From contig CAXXHO010000003.1 in NCBI GenBank assembly GCA_963667725.2, positions 2,208,001 to 2,272,000 of the forward strand: 64,000 nucleotides of DNA. Direction: 5' to 3'. The notes under the pieces were generated by a model. That model had not been told where the DNA came from and searched no databases. It was given only the letters and a program-made list of their open reading frames with translations. Origin of the DNA: Treponemataceae bacterium. GTDB taxonomy: Bacteria; Spirochaetota; Spirochaetia; Treponematales; Rectinemataceae. Both the position numbers and the translations under genes were made by a program. This document shows positions 54,000-63,866 of the stretch, piece by piece; within the stretch, counting starts at the first letter, position 1, and each line of letters begins with the position of its first letter.

Positions 54000-55018
54000 A
54001 GGGCCTTGCCCTCCCGCGAGGTGGCGAGGAGCTTGAGAAAAAGCGGGGCTCCCAGCAAGGCCGTGACGACGCCGACGGGCAGTTCCAGGGGGGCCATCAC
54101 CGAACGCGCCACGGCATCGGCCAGCATGAGGAGAATGGCCCCCGTGGCGGCCGAGACAGGGATGAGCCTTTTATGGAGCGAACCGACGAGAAGCCTCGCG
54201 AAATGCGGGCCTAGGAGGCCAACGAAGCCGATGACGCCGCCGGCCGCCACGGCCGACGCCGCGCCCAGGGAGGCGACCGCTACGGCGAGGGCGCGCAGGA
54301 GGCCCACGTTGAGGCCCAGGATTCCGGCGGCTTCTTCCCCCGCGCCGAGGATGTCGAGCGGGCGGGCGAGAATCAGGGCCGCCACGATCGCGACGAGCGC
54401 GGCCGGGAAGGCTGTGCCGAGTTCGGACCAGCCTTTGCCGCCGAAGCCTCCGAGCATCCAGAAAAACACGGCGTGGAGGTCTTTGTCGTTGATAGACACG
54501 ATGAGGGAGACAATGGCCGAGAGGAAGGACCCCACCGCCGTTCCCGCCAGGAGGAGGGCGGCGGTCGGGGCGGTCCGCCGGTTGACGGTAGCGACGGCGT
54601 AGACGATGACGGCCGAGACGACGGCGCCCGCGAAGGCGGCCGCCTCGGTGGCGCCGGGAAAATCGAGGCCGATCTTCGCGCCGAGGGCTATGGCGGCCAC
54701 GGCCCCGAGGGATGCGCCCGAGGAGACGCCGAGGGAGTAGGGGTCGGCGAGAGGATTCCTGAACAGGCCCTGGAGGACAGCGCCAGAGACGCCTAAAGCC
54801 GCCCCAGCCACGCCGGCGAGAAGGGTCCGCGCGAGGCGCAGCTGCCAGACAATGACGAGGGTCACTTCGTCCACGTTCGAAACGATCCCGAATAGCTTTG
54901 TGCCGAGTACGGCGAAAATCTGCCCCGGCGTGAGGGCCACCGAGCCGAGGCAGAGGCTGCCCACGAGGGCGATAAGGGCGCCCGCGGACAAAGCTATCGC
55001 GAGAAGGACTTTCTTCAT
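53996..55018 (-). CDS. btuC: Cobalamin ABC transporter permease (FecCD family)
   Basis: LRLAR, QGLFRNPLADPY, GVIGFVGL and ELPVGVVTA motifs. Confidence 0.85.
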   Translation of the reverse strand: MKKVLLAIALSAGALIALVGSLCLGSVALTPGQIFAVLGTKLFGIVSNVDEVTLVIVWQLRLARTLLAGVAGAALGVSGAVLQGLFRNPLADPYSLGVSSGASLGAVAAIALGAKIGLDFPGATEAAAFAGAVVSAVIVYAVATVNRRTAPTAALLLAGTAVGSFLSAIVSLIVSINDKDLHAVFFWMLGGFGGKGWSELGTAFPAALVAIVAALILARPLDILGAGEEAAGILGLNVGLLRALAVAVASLGAASAVAAGGVIGFVGLLGPHFARLLVGSLHKRLIPVSAATGAILLMLADAVARSVMAPLELPVGVVTALLGAPLFLKLLATSREGKAL

Positions 55019-55914
55019 GGGAAATATCTCGGATAGAGAGCCTTGGCGGCGAGAAGGACGCCATCGGCTATGCGCGGGCCTGGGCCCGACACGAGATAGG
55101 TCGGCAGGAGGAGGACCTTTCCGGAAACCACGGCCGGAATGAGATTCCAGCCCGGCCTGGCCGATACGGCTTTCAGCGTCAGCTTGTCGCCGTGATCGTC
55201 GGCGCCCATGATCGCCTGCGGGGCGCGCTTGATCACTTCCTCGGAACTGACCCTGGGCCAGGAGCCTTTCAGGTCGGAGAAAATGTCCTTGCCGCCTGCC
55301 GCCTCCACGATGGCATGCTGGAAAGTATCAGAACCGCAGGTCATGAGGGGCTCGTCGTAGACTTCCCAGAAAACGCTCAGGCGCTGGCCGGCGGGAATCG
55401 TAGCGACCGTTTTGCGCACTTTCTCGATCTTATCCAGCATCGTGGAAGCGACGAGGGCGGCCTTTTCCTGCCCGCCCGTCAGTTTCCCGATCGCGAGGAT
55501 TCCGGCCGCTATCTCGTCAAAGCCGCCCGGCGAATACGCGAAGCTCGGGATGCCGTAGCGAGCCAGCTCGTCCGTCACCGAGGCGTGGATCGAGCCCGTG
55601 CTGACGACAAGGTCGGGCTTCAGCGAAAGAATTTTCTCTATGGACATGGATTTCGCCGAAAATCCCCCGATCTTGGCGACATTCTGCGCCTCGGGCGGAT
55701 AGATGCAGTAGGTCGTATCGCCTACGACATTGGCGCCCACCGCGAAAAGCACTTCCGTGGACGCCGGCGCGAGAGATACCACGCGCTGGGCCGGCTTGGC
55801 CAATACGATAGTCTTTCCCAGAAAATCGACGGCCTGGACCTGGGTATTCCCCTGACCGAAGGCGATCGTTGCGGCGCAGCAGAGCGCCGCGGCAATCAAT
55901 GGCAGCTTTTTCAT
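55015..55914 (-). CDS. btuF: Cobalamin ABC transporter substrate-binding protein
   Basis: Signal peptide; RVVSLAPASTE, EKILSLKPDLV and PGPRI motifs. Confidence 0.85.
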   Translation of the reverse strand: MKKLPLIAAALCCAATIAFGQGNTQVQAVDFLGKTIVLAKPAQRVVSLAPASTEVLFAVGANVVGDTTYCIYPPEAQNVAKIGGFSAKSMSIEKILSLKPDLVVSTGSIHASVTDELARYGIPSFAYSPGGFDEIAAGILAIGKLTGGQEKAALVASTMLDKIEKVRKTVATIPAGQRLSVFWEVYDEPLMTCGSDTFQHAIVEAAGGKDIFSDLKGSWPRVSSEEVIKRAPQAIMGADDHGDKLTLKAVSARPGWNLIPAVVSGKVLLLPTYLVSGPGPRIADGVLLAAKALYPRYFP

Positions 55915-56969
55915 TCTTTTTCGCTCACTCCGGCCGACTCGAAGGTGGCCATTTCGTTCAGGATCTTGCAGGCGCCCGAGCAGATCAACATGGCGAGGGC
56001 GGCACCCGTCCCCTCCCCGAGTCTCATCCCCAGCCTGAGGAGGGGCTTGAGTCCAAGAAAATCGAGCATGAGGCTGTGCCCGGAATCGCCCGAGACGTGC
56101 GTCCCGATCATGTACCTGGCTGATAATGGCGAAATCGCCTGGGCCAGGAGGGCCGCCGCTCCGGAAATATAGCCGTCAATGAGAACGGGAACCTGGTGGG
56201 CCGCGGAGGCGAGAATCACGCCGGCGAGGGCGCCGATCTCGTAGCCGCCCACCTTGGAGAGTACGCCGATGGGATCGGCGCCCTCGGGTTTATGTAGCGC
56301 CAGCGCCTTTTCGATGATGCCGATCTTGCGCTCGAGCGCCGCGTCGTCGATGCCCGTTCCCCTACCGACAAGCTCGCGAACCGCATGTCCGGTGAACACT
56401 GAAGCCATCGCCGTCGACGCTGTCGTGTTGCCGATTCCCATGTCGCCCGTGGCGGAAATGCCGAAGGGCTTGGCCTTCAACTCGGCTTCGAATACCTCGA
56501 TGCCGACATCGAGACTCCGGACGGCTTCCTCGCGGCTCATCGCGTTTTCGGCCGCCAGGTTCTTAGTCCCTTTCGCGATCTTTTTATGGTAGATGGGGAT
56601 GCTTTTGTCGAAATCGTAGGCCACCCCCACATCGGTGACGACGACGCGTGCCCCCGCGTGCCTGCCGAGCACATTGATCGCGGCGCCGCCCGCCACGAAG
56701 TTGAGGACCATTTCGGGTGTCACGTCCGAGGGGTAGGCGCTCACGCCTTCCCTGCAGACTCCATGGTCGCCGGCCATGACGAAGATGGCTCCCGGATCCA
56801 CGACGGGATCGGCCCTGCGTTGGATGCCCGCGATGCGGATCGAAAGTTCCTCGAGATCGCCCAGGCTTCCCGCGGGCTTGGTCAGCGCGGCCTGCCTTGT
56901 CCTCGCGGCTTCTTCGGCTTTTCTGTCCGTTTCGATGATGTTGTCGAGTGTCGCCTCGAGCTTTGTCAT
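55911..56969 (-). CDS. cobT: Nicotinate-nucleotide:dimethylbenzimidazole phosphoribosyltransferase
   Basis: LTKPAGSLG, GDHGV, MGIGNTT, MRLGEGTGA and MATF motifs. Confidence 0.95.
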   Translation of the reverse strand: MTKLEATLDNIIETDRKAEEAARTRQAALTKPAGSLGDLEELSIRIAGIQRRADPVVDPGAIFVMAGDHGVCREGVSAYPSDVTPEMVLNFVAGGAAINVLGRHAGARVVVTDVGVAYDFDKSIPIYHKKIAKGTKNLAAENAMSREEAVRSLDVGIEVFEAELKAKPFGISATGDMGIGNTTASTAMASVFTGHAVRELVGRGTGIDDAALERKIGIIEKALALHKPEGADPIGVLSKVGGYEIGALAGVILASAAHQVPVLIDGYISGAAALLAQAISPLSARYMIGTHVSGDSGHSLMLDFLGLKPLLRLGMRLGEGTGAALAMLICSGACKILNEMATFESAGVSEKE

Positions 56970-58555
56970 ATGCGTACTCCTTGCCCAACCGGCTGAATGC
57001 CGCTTATTCCGATTATTTCGCGAAGCTTGTCCATGTCGAGCGAGGCTTCCACCGCGTCGGCCAAAGCCTCTATGGAAGCGTCGAGTTCGGCCTTCCTGCT
57101 CTCCCGCCTGGCGGCCGCGCCGAAGCTGGCGAGCCAGGCTTTCCTGAACTCGTCGGAACTGAAAATGTCGTGCAGATAGGTTCCCCAGACCGCCCCATCC
57201 GGCGACCAGGCGCCGTCGGCGGTCGCTGACGCTCCCGAGCGCTCGCGGCCATCCGGTTCGAGCAGGGCGAAGGCCGGACCATCCACCTTCGTCTCGCCGC
57301 TGTGTATTTCGTAGCCTTCGAGTTCGATGCCCGCGAGGGTAGCGAGCCGCCCGCCAAGCGCGGCGGCCATATGCCCGCGCCGAGGCGAGACTTTCTTCTC
57401 AGCCCCGAAGACGGTGGAAGCGCGCAGAAGCCCCAGGCCTTTGGCCGAACCGCTCTGCCCCTCAACGAGCTCGGGGTCCTCGATAGACTCGCCCAGCATC
57501 TGGAAGCCGCCGCAAATCCCCACGACGGAGCTCCCCGTCCTCGCGAGCCAGCGTATCCCGTCGTCGAATCCCCGGCTCTTAAGCCAGGAAAGGTCGGCCA
57601 TGGTCGATTTCGTGCCCGGCAGGATGATGACGTCAGGCCGGTCCAGGTCGCCCGCGTCCTCCACGAAACGGAGCGTCACGGAAGGCTCCGAGGCGAGGGC
57701 GTCGAAATCGTCGAAATTGGCGATATGGGGAAGCTTAATCACGGCTATATCGAGCAATGCCTCGGCTCCGGTATCGTAGCCGCAGGCGCCGGCCGCTCCG
57801 CCGGCCGCCCCGTCGTCCGCCCCCCGCACCCGGATGCACGCGCCATCCTCGTCGGGAAGCGCCAGGCCCCTGAGCATGGGCACTACCCCGAGCACGGGCA
57901 ACCCCGTCAGCTTCTCGAGCATGCCGAGACCCGGCTCCAGAAGGCTGAGGTCGCCCCTGAACTTATTTATGACGATACCGCGGATAAGAGCCCTGTCCTC
58001 ATCGGGAAGGAGGGCCAGCGTCCCCACCACCTGGGCGAAAACCCCGCCCGGATCGATGTCCGCCACCAGGATCACCGGCGAGCCCAGATGGCGCGCGATG
58101 GCCATGTTGACGATGTCTGAGGAAGCCAGGTTGATCTCGGCGGGACTCCCCGCCCCCTCGATGACGAGAAGATCGGCCTCGGCGCTTAAGGTCGCGCAGG
58201 CGCTCACGACGGATTTCCAGAGCAATGCCTTCCTTTCGTAGTAATGGACGGCGCCAAGCGTCTCATAGGGCTTTCCCATCAGGATTACCTGAGATCTCGA
58301 GTCGCTTTCGGGCTTGAGGAGGACGGGATTCATCTCCACCCGTGGCTCCACGCGCGCGGCCAGAGCCTGGAGATACTGCGCCCTGCCTATTTCCGAACCG
58401 TCGGGAAGGGCGGCCGCGTTGTTGGACATGTTCTGCGCCTTGAAGGGCATGACGAGGAGACCCGAGCGCGCGAAAATGCGGCAGAGGGCCGCGGCAATGA
58501 GACTTTTGCCGACGGATGAAGCGGTGCCCTGCACCATTATGGCTTTAGCGGCCAC
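56966..58555 (-). CDS. cobQ: Cobyric acid synthase
   Basis: MVQGTASSVGKS, FKAQNMSNN, EGAGSPAEIN, GICGGFQMLG, GYEIH and GTYLH motifs; start uncertain (GTG 58555 chosen). Confidence 0.93.
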   Translation of the reverse strand: MAAKAIMVQGTASSVGKSLIAAALCRIFARSGLLVMPFKAQNMSNNAAALPDGSEIGRAQYLQALAARVEPRVEMNPVLLKPESDSRSQVILMGKPYETLGAVHYYERKALLWKSVVSACATLSAEADLLVIEGAGSPAEINLASSDIVNMAIARHLGSPVILVADIDPGGVFAQVVGTLALLPDEDRALIRGIVINKFRGDLSLLEPGLGMLEKLTGLPVLGVVPMLRGLALPDEDGACIRVRGADDGAAGGAAGACGYDTGAEALLDIAVIKLPHIANFDDFDALASEPSVTLRFVEDAGDLDRPDVIILPGTKSTMADLSWLKSRGFDDGIRWLARTGSSVVGICGGFQMLGESIEDPELVEGQSGSAKGLGLLRASTVFGAEKKVSPRRGHMAAALGGRLATLAGIELEGYEIHSGETKVDGPAFALLEPDGRERSGASATADGAWSPDGAVWGTYLHDIFSSDEFRKAWLASFGAAARRESRKAELDASIEALADAVEASLDMDKLREIIGISGIQPVGQGVRI

Positions 58556-58660
58556 AATAAAACGAGGACACTGGATCTTTGGGGGGAATGAGGGAAATGG
58601 CAACCTTCATTATTCAACACCCAGTGAATAATCGCGATATCCGCGCGCACGACGCAGCTG

Positions 58661-58818
58661 TGCGGTCGGTCTCCTGACTCGGAAGCATCCCTCGCTCGGT
58701 TCCCGGCCTTCCCACTTTCGCAGTGGCCGTGAACAGGGTTTTACGTTTCCTTACAGTGCCTGGGGGCGTGCCGGTCTTTCACCGACTTCCCGATTAAGCC
58801 ATATGGCGCCGCAACGCC
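58661..58818 (-). ncRNA. Cobalamin (B12) riboswitch
   Basis: Minus strand reads GGGAAGTCGGTGAAAGACCGGCACGCCCCCAGGCACTGTAA...GCCACTGCGAAAGTGGGAAGGC...GAGTCAGGAGACCGACC (B12 box), upstream of cobQ-cobT-btuFCD-cobO. Confidence 0.93.
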
Positions 58819-58821
58819 TAA

Positions 58822-58850
58822 ACTATAAGCATGCCCGCCGGGACTGTCAA
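58822..58850 (-). promoter_or_regulatory. Sigma70 promoter of the cobalamin operon
   Basis: TTGACA-N17-TATAGT immediately upstream of the riboswitch. Confidence 0.75.
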
Positions 58851-58964
58851 CCTGTCGGCAGCGCCCAGCGGCGCCGCGCGTCGGAGCCCTCCGGCGGGCC
58901 AGGCCGCCGCCACCCTGTCGCCGCCCGCCCGAATCAGGTAGTATCGACGCTGAAGGAGGCGCCT

Positions 58965-59312
58965 ATGATACAGATTTTCGGCACGAAAAAATGCAAGGAC
59001 ACCCAGAAGGCGCTTCGCTTTTTCAAGGAGCGGGGCGTCGAGATCCAGTTCCGCGATATCACGGAAAAAGCCCCGAGCCCCGGAGAGCTGGACGACGTGG
59101 CGAGAGCCGTCGGCGGCTATTCCGCCCTCGTCGACCTGAAAGGCCACGAGGCCACGGCCCACGGCCTCGCCTTCATGGATTACGACGCGCGGGAAGAGCT
59201 GCTCCAGGATCCCCTTCTGCTTCGCACACCTGTCGTAAGGGCGGGAAAGGGCAAGGCGGCCGTCGGCCTCGACGAAGCCGCGTGGAAGCTTTTCGCGCGG
59301 GGCCTCGATTGA
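58965..59312 (+). CDS. ArsC/Spx family protein
   Basis: IQIFGTKKCKDTQKALRFFKER and PLLLRTPVVR motifs; AAGGAGG RBS. Confidence 0.88.
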   Translation: MIQIFGTKKCKDTQKALRFFKERGVEIQFRDITEKAPSPGELDDVARAVGGYSALVDLKGHEATAHGLAFMDYDAREELLQDPLLLRTPVVRAGKGKAAVGLDEAAWKLFARGLD

Positions 59313-59369
59313 CCCCTCCATGGCGCGCCGTATATCATCAATTAGACAAGCCGCACGAAGGAGCTGAAA

Positions 59370-60167
59370 ATGAACGAATCGAAGAGCGCTGAACTCGCCA
59401 CGATCAGGGCGAAAAACGCCTTCATCATCGACATGGACGGCGTCATCTACCACGGTAACAAGCTCCTGGCCGGCGCCGCCGAATTCGTGGCATGGCTCAA
59501 GACGAAAGACAAGAAATTCCTCTTTCTGACGAACTCGAGCGAGCGCTCGCCCGCCGAGCTGTCGCAGAAGCTGGCCCGGCTCGGCATCGAGGTGGACGCG
59601 AGCCACTTCTACACGAGCGCCCTCGCTACGGCGGCATTTCTCGCGAGCCAGCGGCCCCACGGCTCGGCCTACGCCATCGGCGAGCCCGGCCTCATCAACG
59701 CCCTGTATGAAGCCGGCTATACGATGAACAACGTCAATCCCGACTACGTCGTGGTGGGCGAGGCGAGATCCTACAATCTCGATACCATAGAGAAGGCCGT
59801 CTCCCTAGTTTTCGGGGGAGCGCGCCTCATCGGGACGAACCCCGACCTCACGGGACCCACGGAAAAGGGCATCATGCCGGCCTGCGGCTCCCTCCTCGCC
59901 CCCATCGAGCTCGCCACCGGACGAAAAGCCTACTTCGTGGGCAAGCCCAACCCCCTCATGATGCGCCACGCCATCCGAAAGCTGGGCGTCACCCGCGAGG
60001 AGACAGCCATCGTCGGCGACAGGATGGACACCGACATCATCGCCGGCATCGAATCCGACATGGAAACGGTCCTCGTCCTTTCCGGCGTGACGGCCGTCGA
60101 GCACCTCGACAAGTTCGCCTATGGACCCCGCCACATACTCCAGGGAGTCTTCGAAATCCCCGACTGA
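59370..60167 (+). CDS. HAD-IIA family hydrolase (NagD-like)
   Basis: IDMDGVIY, LTNSS, GTNPD, VGKPN and VGDRMDTDI motifs. Confidence 0.92.
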   Translation: MNESKSAELATIRAKNAFIIDMDGVIYHGNKLLAGAAEFVAWLKTKDKKFLFLTNSSERSPAELSQKLARLGIEVDASHFYTSALATAAFLASQRPHGSAYAIGEPGLINALYEAGYTMNNVNPDYVVVGEARSYNLDTIEKAVSLVFGGARLIGTNPDLTGPTEKGIMPACGSLLAPIELATGRKAYFVGKPNPLMMRHAIRKLGVTREETAIVGDRMDTDIIAGIESDMETVLVLSGVTAVEHLDKFAYGPRHILQGVFEIPD

Positions 60168-60314
60168 GCGCGAAGTGTTTCCGCGCCCCCGCCTCAGGCT
60201 CTTCTGGCACGCCCCGTCAAGTATTCCGCCCCCTCACCTAATGAGCGTCGAACCTCCCCACCTTGTCTTATACAAAAGAGCACCAATTTTTCGCAATATT
60301 TTTCAATTTTGCCC

Positions 60315-60387
60315 TTGCGTTATGAAAACAGACGAAATATGATGTTAAGAAACGAACAGAAAGAAATTTGAAATATTTGATTTCAAA
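60315..60387 (+). promoter_or_regulatory. Promoter and palindromic operator upstream of rpiR
   Basis: TTGCGT-N17-TATGAT (60315-60343); TTTGAAAT-N5-ATTTCAAA (60367-60387). Confidence 0.6.
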
Positions 60388-60420
60388 CATTTTAATCGCA
60401 CTGGTTTTTATGGAGCTACG

Positions 60421-61284
60421 ATGGCCGAGATCGATTTGAGATCACTCGCTTCAAACGCAAAGTTGACGCGGAAGGAAATCGTTGTTGTGGACTATCTGCT
60501 CGACAATGGCAATACCGCTTGTTTTATGTCCACGGCCGAACTGGCCCGCAAGCTGGAGACGAGCAGCACCACGATCAATCGCACCGCCAAAGCGCTTGGC
60601 TACGATTCTTTCAACGATCTGCAGAAAGAAATCCAAGACTCGGTGAGTCGACAAGTAATATTCGCCCAAAGCATTCTCGTATCGCCGCTGGAGCGGCTTA
60701 GTCATCATTTGTCGGCGAATCACACGGAGAAATTCATGTCGGATTTCTCCGAACTCATCGCCGACAACATAAAAAGCGCTTTCCAGAAAAACAATCCCGA
60801 GGCGCTTGATTTGGCGATCGACATCCTCATCAAGAGCAAGACTAAGTTCATAAGCGGGCAAAGACCAACCGTCTTCCTGGCCGAACGATTCGCTTATCTC
60901 ATGCGAATCATGCTGCCGGGCGTGATAGCGGTAACGGACAGCAACTACTACGAAAAGATAATCGACATCGGGAAGGATGATTGCTTCTTCATCATCGACT
61001 TTAATCAATACAGTAAAAACGCCCTCCAGCAGCTGGAATACGCCAAAACCACGGGAACTAAGATCATCGTTCTGACGGACAAAAGCACGGCTCCTCTCGC
61101 TCGTTTCGCCGACGTTCTTCTTGTGGTGGACGTCTTCAATTTAAGCTTTTTCAATTGCGGTTTAGCCCCTCTTTTTCTTCTTGAATTTCTCTGCTTGAGG
61201 ATCGCCGCCCGCATGAACGATACGGTCAAGGAGCGGCTTAAGTTGCTTACCCCCTATTTCGAAAGCCACCACCTCGCGCACTGA
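60421..61284 (+). CDS. MurR/RpiR family transcriptional regulator
   Basis: LTRKEIVVVDYLL, ELARKLETSSTTINRTAKALGYDSF, and SIS-like IIVLTD...PLA motifs. Confidence 0.88.
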   Translation: MAEIDLRSLASNAKLTRKEIVVVDYLLDNGNTACFMSTAELARKLETSSTTINRTAKALGYDSFNDLQKEIQDSVSRQVIFAQSILVSPLERLSHHLSANHTEKFMSDFSELIADNIKSAFQKNNPEALDLAIDILIKSKTKFISGQRPTVFLAERFAYLMRIMLPGVIAVTDSNYYEKIIDIGKDDCFFIIDFNQYSKNALQQLEYAKTTGTKIIVLTDKSTAPLARFADVLLVVDVFNLSFFNCGLAPLFLLEFLCLRIAARMNDTVKERLKLLTPYFESHHLAH

Positions 61285-61351
61285 TAATTGAAATGTCGAG
61301 TATTTTCGGGAGAGAACTCACCGTAAATATATATTTTTGAAGGAGGAGACT

Positions 61352-62866
61352 ATGAGAAGACGTATAGCAATCGCTCTGGTATGCATGCTCGCGATTATAC
61401 CGACGATGAGCTGGGGACAATCGGCATCAGCCGCGGCTGGAGAGTTGGTGTTCGCCAACACGACCGACATTTCGACCATGGATCCGCGCAACGCCACGGG
61501 TACTCCAACCGCGGGGATACTAGCCCATGTCTACAGCAGCCTGCTCAAGACCGATGAAACAGGGAAAATTTTACCGGACCTGGCTGTATCCTACAAAAAT
61601 ATCAATCCCTTGACCTGGGAATTCACGCTCAACAAGAACATTAAATTCCACGATGGGTCAACCTTGACTTCCGCGGACGTGAAATACACTGTGGACACGA
61701 TTTCCGACCCCAGTAAAAAATTCCGCCTCGCGTCGGATTTTTCGTTCATGAGCGTCGAAATAATCGATGATTTGCATCTCCGTATCACAACCAAGCAGCC
61801 CTTCCTCGAACTTCCATTGCGCCTAAATTACATGAAAATCATCCCGAAAGCTTATGTCGAAAAGGTTGGCGACGATGAATTCGCTAAAAAGCCGGTCGGT
61901 TCAGGACCCTACACCTTCATCGAGCGCTCAAAGGACGAGAAAGTCGTTCTTCAAGCTTTTACTGGTTACTTCGGGAAGAAGCCTGCCATAAAGAAAGTCA
62001 CGTATCGAATCATTCCCGAAGCCGCCTCCCGCATCGCGGCGCTCGAATCGGGCGAAGTACAGATCATCGGCACCGTGGCGACGAGCCAGGTTCCCAGGCT
62101 GAAGGGCATGAAAAACATTGAAGTCGTGGGAAGCCCGACAACTCGCGTCATGTTCATCGGTATGAACCTGAAAAAAGCGAATAGTCCCCTCCAGGATGTC
62201 CGCGTGCGCCAAGCTTTGAACTATGGAGTCGATAAAGACGCCCTCATTAGCGGCATTCTCGACGGATATGGCACCAAGATAGCCTCAGTCTCCACACCTG
62301 AGTACTTTGGTTATGATCCTGCGATCAAGCCCTACGAGTACGATCAGAAAAAGGCGAAAGATCTCCTGAAAGCAGCCGGTTACCAAAAAGGGATTGATCT
62401 CACATTCTCCGTATCTTCAGGAGGGCTGAACGCCTACGATGTGGTTCAGGCCATAAGCGCCCAACTTGGGGAAATCGGGATCAACTGCACGATCGTCGAG
62501 GAGTCGAACACCCAGCAGACAGACAAAATTCGGGCGGGCACCGTCTCCGATCTTTACTTCACGGGCATCGGCGGACCTTACGCGAATATCGATCTCGTGA
62601 CGAAGCTGTCCTTCTGCACCGGCGAGCGATTCTCCTGCTATTCCGATAAAGTCTTCGATGACCTTCGCGTTAAAGCGGCATCCACCGTGGACATTAGCGA
62701 GGCCAAAAAGCTTCTGTCGGAAATACAGCGTTACATGAAAGACAAAGCCCCAGCCATCTTCCTCTATCAGCAGTATGGCTTGTATGCCTATGACAAGAGA
62801 GTGACGAATTGGAAGGCTAGAACGGACGAGATGATTCTGGCGAACGACGCCGAGATTAAGAAATAG
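61352..62866 (+). CDS. Peptide/nickel ABC transporter solute-binding protein (family 5)
   Basis: Signal peptide; PDLAVSY, KFHDGS, PVGSGPY and DVRVRQALNY motifs. Confidence 0.92.
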   Translation: MRRRIAIALVCMLAIIPTMSWGQSASAAAGELVFANTTDISTMDPRNATGTPTAGILAHVYSSLLKTDETGKILPDLAVSYKNINPLTWEFTLNKNIKFHDGSTLTSADVKYTVDTISDPSKKFRLASDFSFMSVEIIDDLHLRITTKQPFLELPLRLNYMKIIPKAYVEKVGDDEFAKKPVGSGPYTFIERSKDEKVVLQAFTGYFGKKPAIKKVTYRIIPEAASRIAALESGEVQIIGTVATSQVPRLKGMKNIEVVGSPTTRVMFIGMNLKKANSPLQDVRVRQALNYGVDKDALISGILDGYGTKIASVSTPEYFGYDPAIKPYEYDQKKAKDLLKAAGYQKGIDLTFSVSSGGLNAYDVVQAISAQLGEIGINCTIVEESNTQQTDKIRAGTVSDLYFTGIGGPYANIDLVTKLSFCTGERFSCYSDKVFDDLRVKAASTVDISEAKKLLSEIQRYMKDKAPAIFLYQQYGLYAYDKRVTNWKARTDEMILANDAEIKK

Positions 62867-62883
62867 ACGCGTGGGAAACCAAT

Positions 62884-62924
62884 CATGAAAGGAAAGCCGA
62901 CGCAAAGCCGGTTCTCCTTTCATG
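62884..62924 (+). other. Intergenic stem-loop after the solute-binding protein gene
   Basis: CATGAAAGGA...TCCTTTCATG inverted repeat. Confidence 0.55.
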
Positions 62925-62937
62925 CCAAGGATGCGAA

Positions 62938-63855
62938 ATGTTCAGGTATATCGTAAAGCGATTGGCGCAGTCTGTTGTGGCGATTATCGGGATCACATTG
63001 GTGGTGTTCATCGTGCTTCACCTATCCGGCGATCCCGTGGAATTGATGGTGCCTCCGAGCGCCTCGCGCGCTGATATGGACAGATTGCGGGAAGAGATGG
63101 GCTTCAACGACCCTTTGCTTGTTCAATACAGCCGTTTCCTCATGGGTATCGCGAAAGGCGATTTCGGCATGTCCTACAATTATAACGAACCGGCCTTGGA
63201 TGTAGTTATGGAACGAATACCAGCCACAGTGAAATTAACCGCTGTCGCCTTGGTGATCTCGCTCCTTCTGGGGATTCCCGCCGGGATCATATCAGCGATA
63301 AAACGCAACAGCCGGCTTGACGCGGTAATCAGGAGCCTAGCCCTGCTTGGGCAATGTCTGCCAGCCTTCTGGTTGGGGATAATGATGATAATGCTATTCT
63401 CGGTCAAATTAAAATTGCTCCCAACATCGGGCAACGACTCGTGGAAATCCATTATCATGCCCGCCTTCACAATGGGCGTATATACCGCGGCGACCATCAC
63501 TCGCTTGCTTCGCTCAAATATGATCGAGGTGATGAACAAGGAATATATCGATACCGCCAAGGCAAAAGGCCTCGGGAGGGGATCCGTCGTCATGAAACAT
63601 GCGTTCAAGAACGCGTTCAGCTCAATCATGACGGTTCTTGGGCTCCAAGTCGCGTCCCTGCTAGGCGGCTCCGCGATCGTTGAGACGGTGTTCGCGTGGC
63701 CCGGCATCGGGCGATTGGCTATTCAGTCCATCACCAACAGCGATTTCTATGTCGTGGAGACTATCGTTTTCATGATGGCCATCGCGTTCGTTCTCATCAA
63801 TTTTATCGTGGATATTTTATATGGGGTCATCAACCCCCGTATAAAGATCCAATAA
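62938..63855 (+). CDS. Peptide ABC transporter permease (DppB/OppB-like)
   Basis: MFRYIVKRL, GDFGMS, YIDTAKAKGL, VETVFAWPGIG and INPRI motifs. Confidence 0.92.
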   Translation: MFRYIVKRLAQSVVAIIGITLVVFIVLHLSGDPVELMVPPSASRADMDRLREEMGFNDPLLVQYSRFLMGIAKGDFGMSYNYNEPALDVVMERIPATVKLTAVALVISLLLGIPAGIISAIKRNSRLDAVIRSLALLGQCLPAFWLGIMMIMLFSVKLKLLPTSGNDSWKSIIMPAFTMGVYTAATITRLLRSNMIEVMNKEYIDTAKAKGLGRGSVVMKHAFKNAFSSIMTVLGLQVASLLGGSAIVETVFAWPGIGRLAIQSITNSDFYVVETIVFMMAIAFVLINFIVDILYGVINPRIKIQ

Positions 63856-63866
63856 GGAAACCAGTA

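Noticed and set aside
60262..60280. TCTTATACA.AAG similarity to the IS50/Tn5 end near the GC shift
   Set aside because: Only a partial match with no partner end or transposase; likely chance.
62872..62924. GGAAACC...GAAA...GACGCAAAGCC resembling a c-di-GMP-I riboswitch
   Set aside because: The GAAA-capped helix cannot form. The segment instead folds as one hairpin after an SBP gene, like those at 9010 and 17713.
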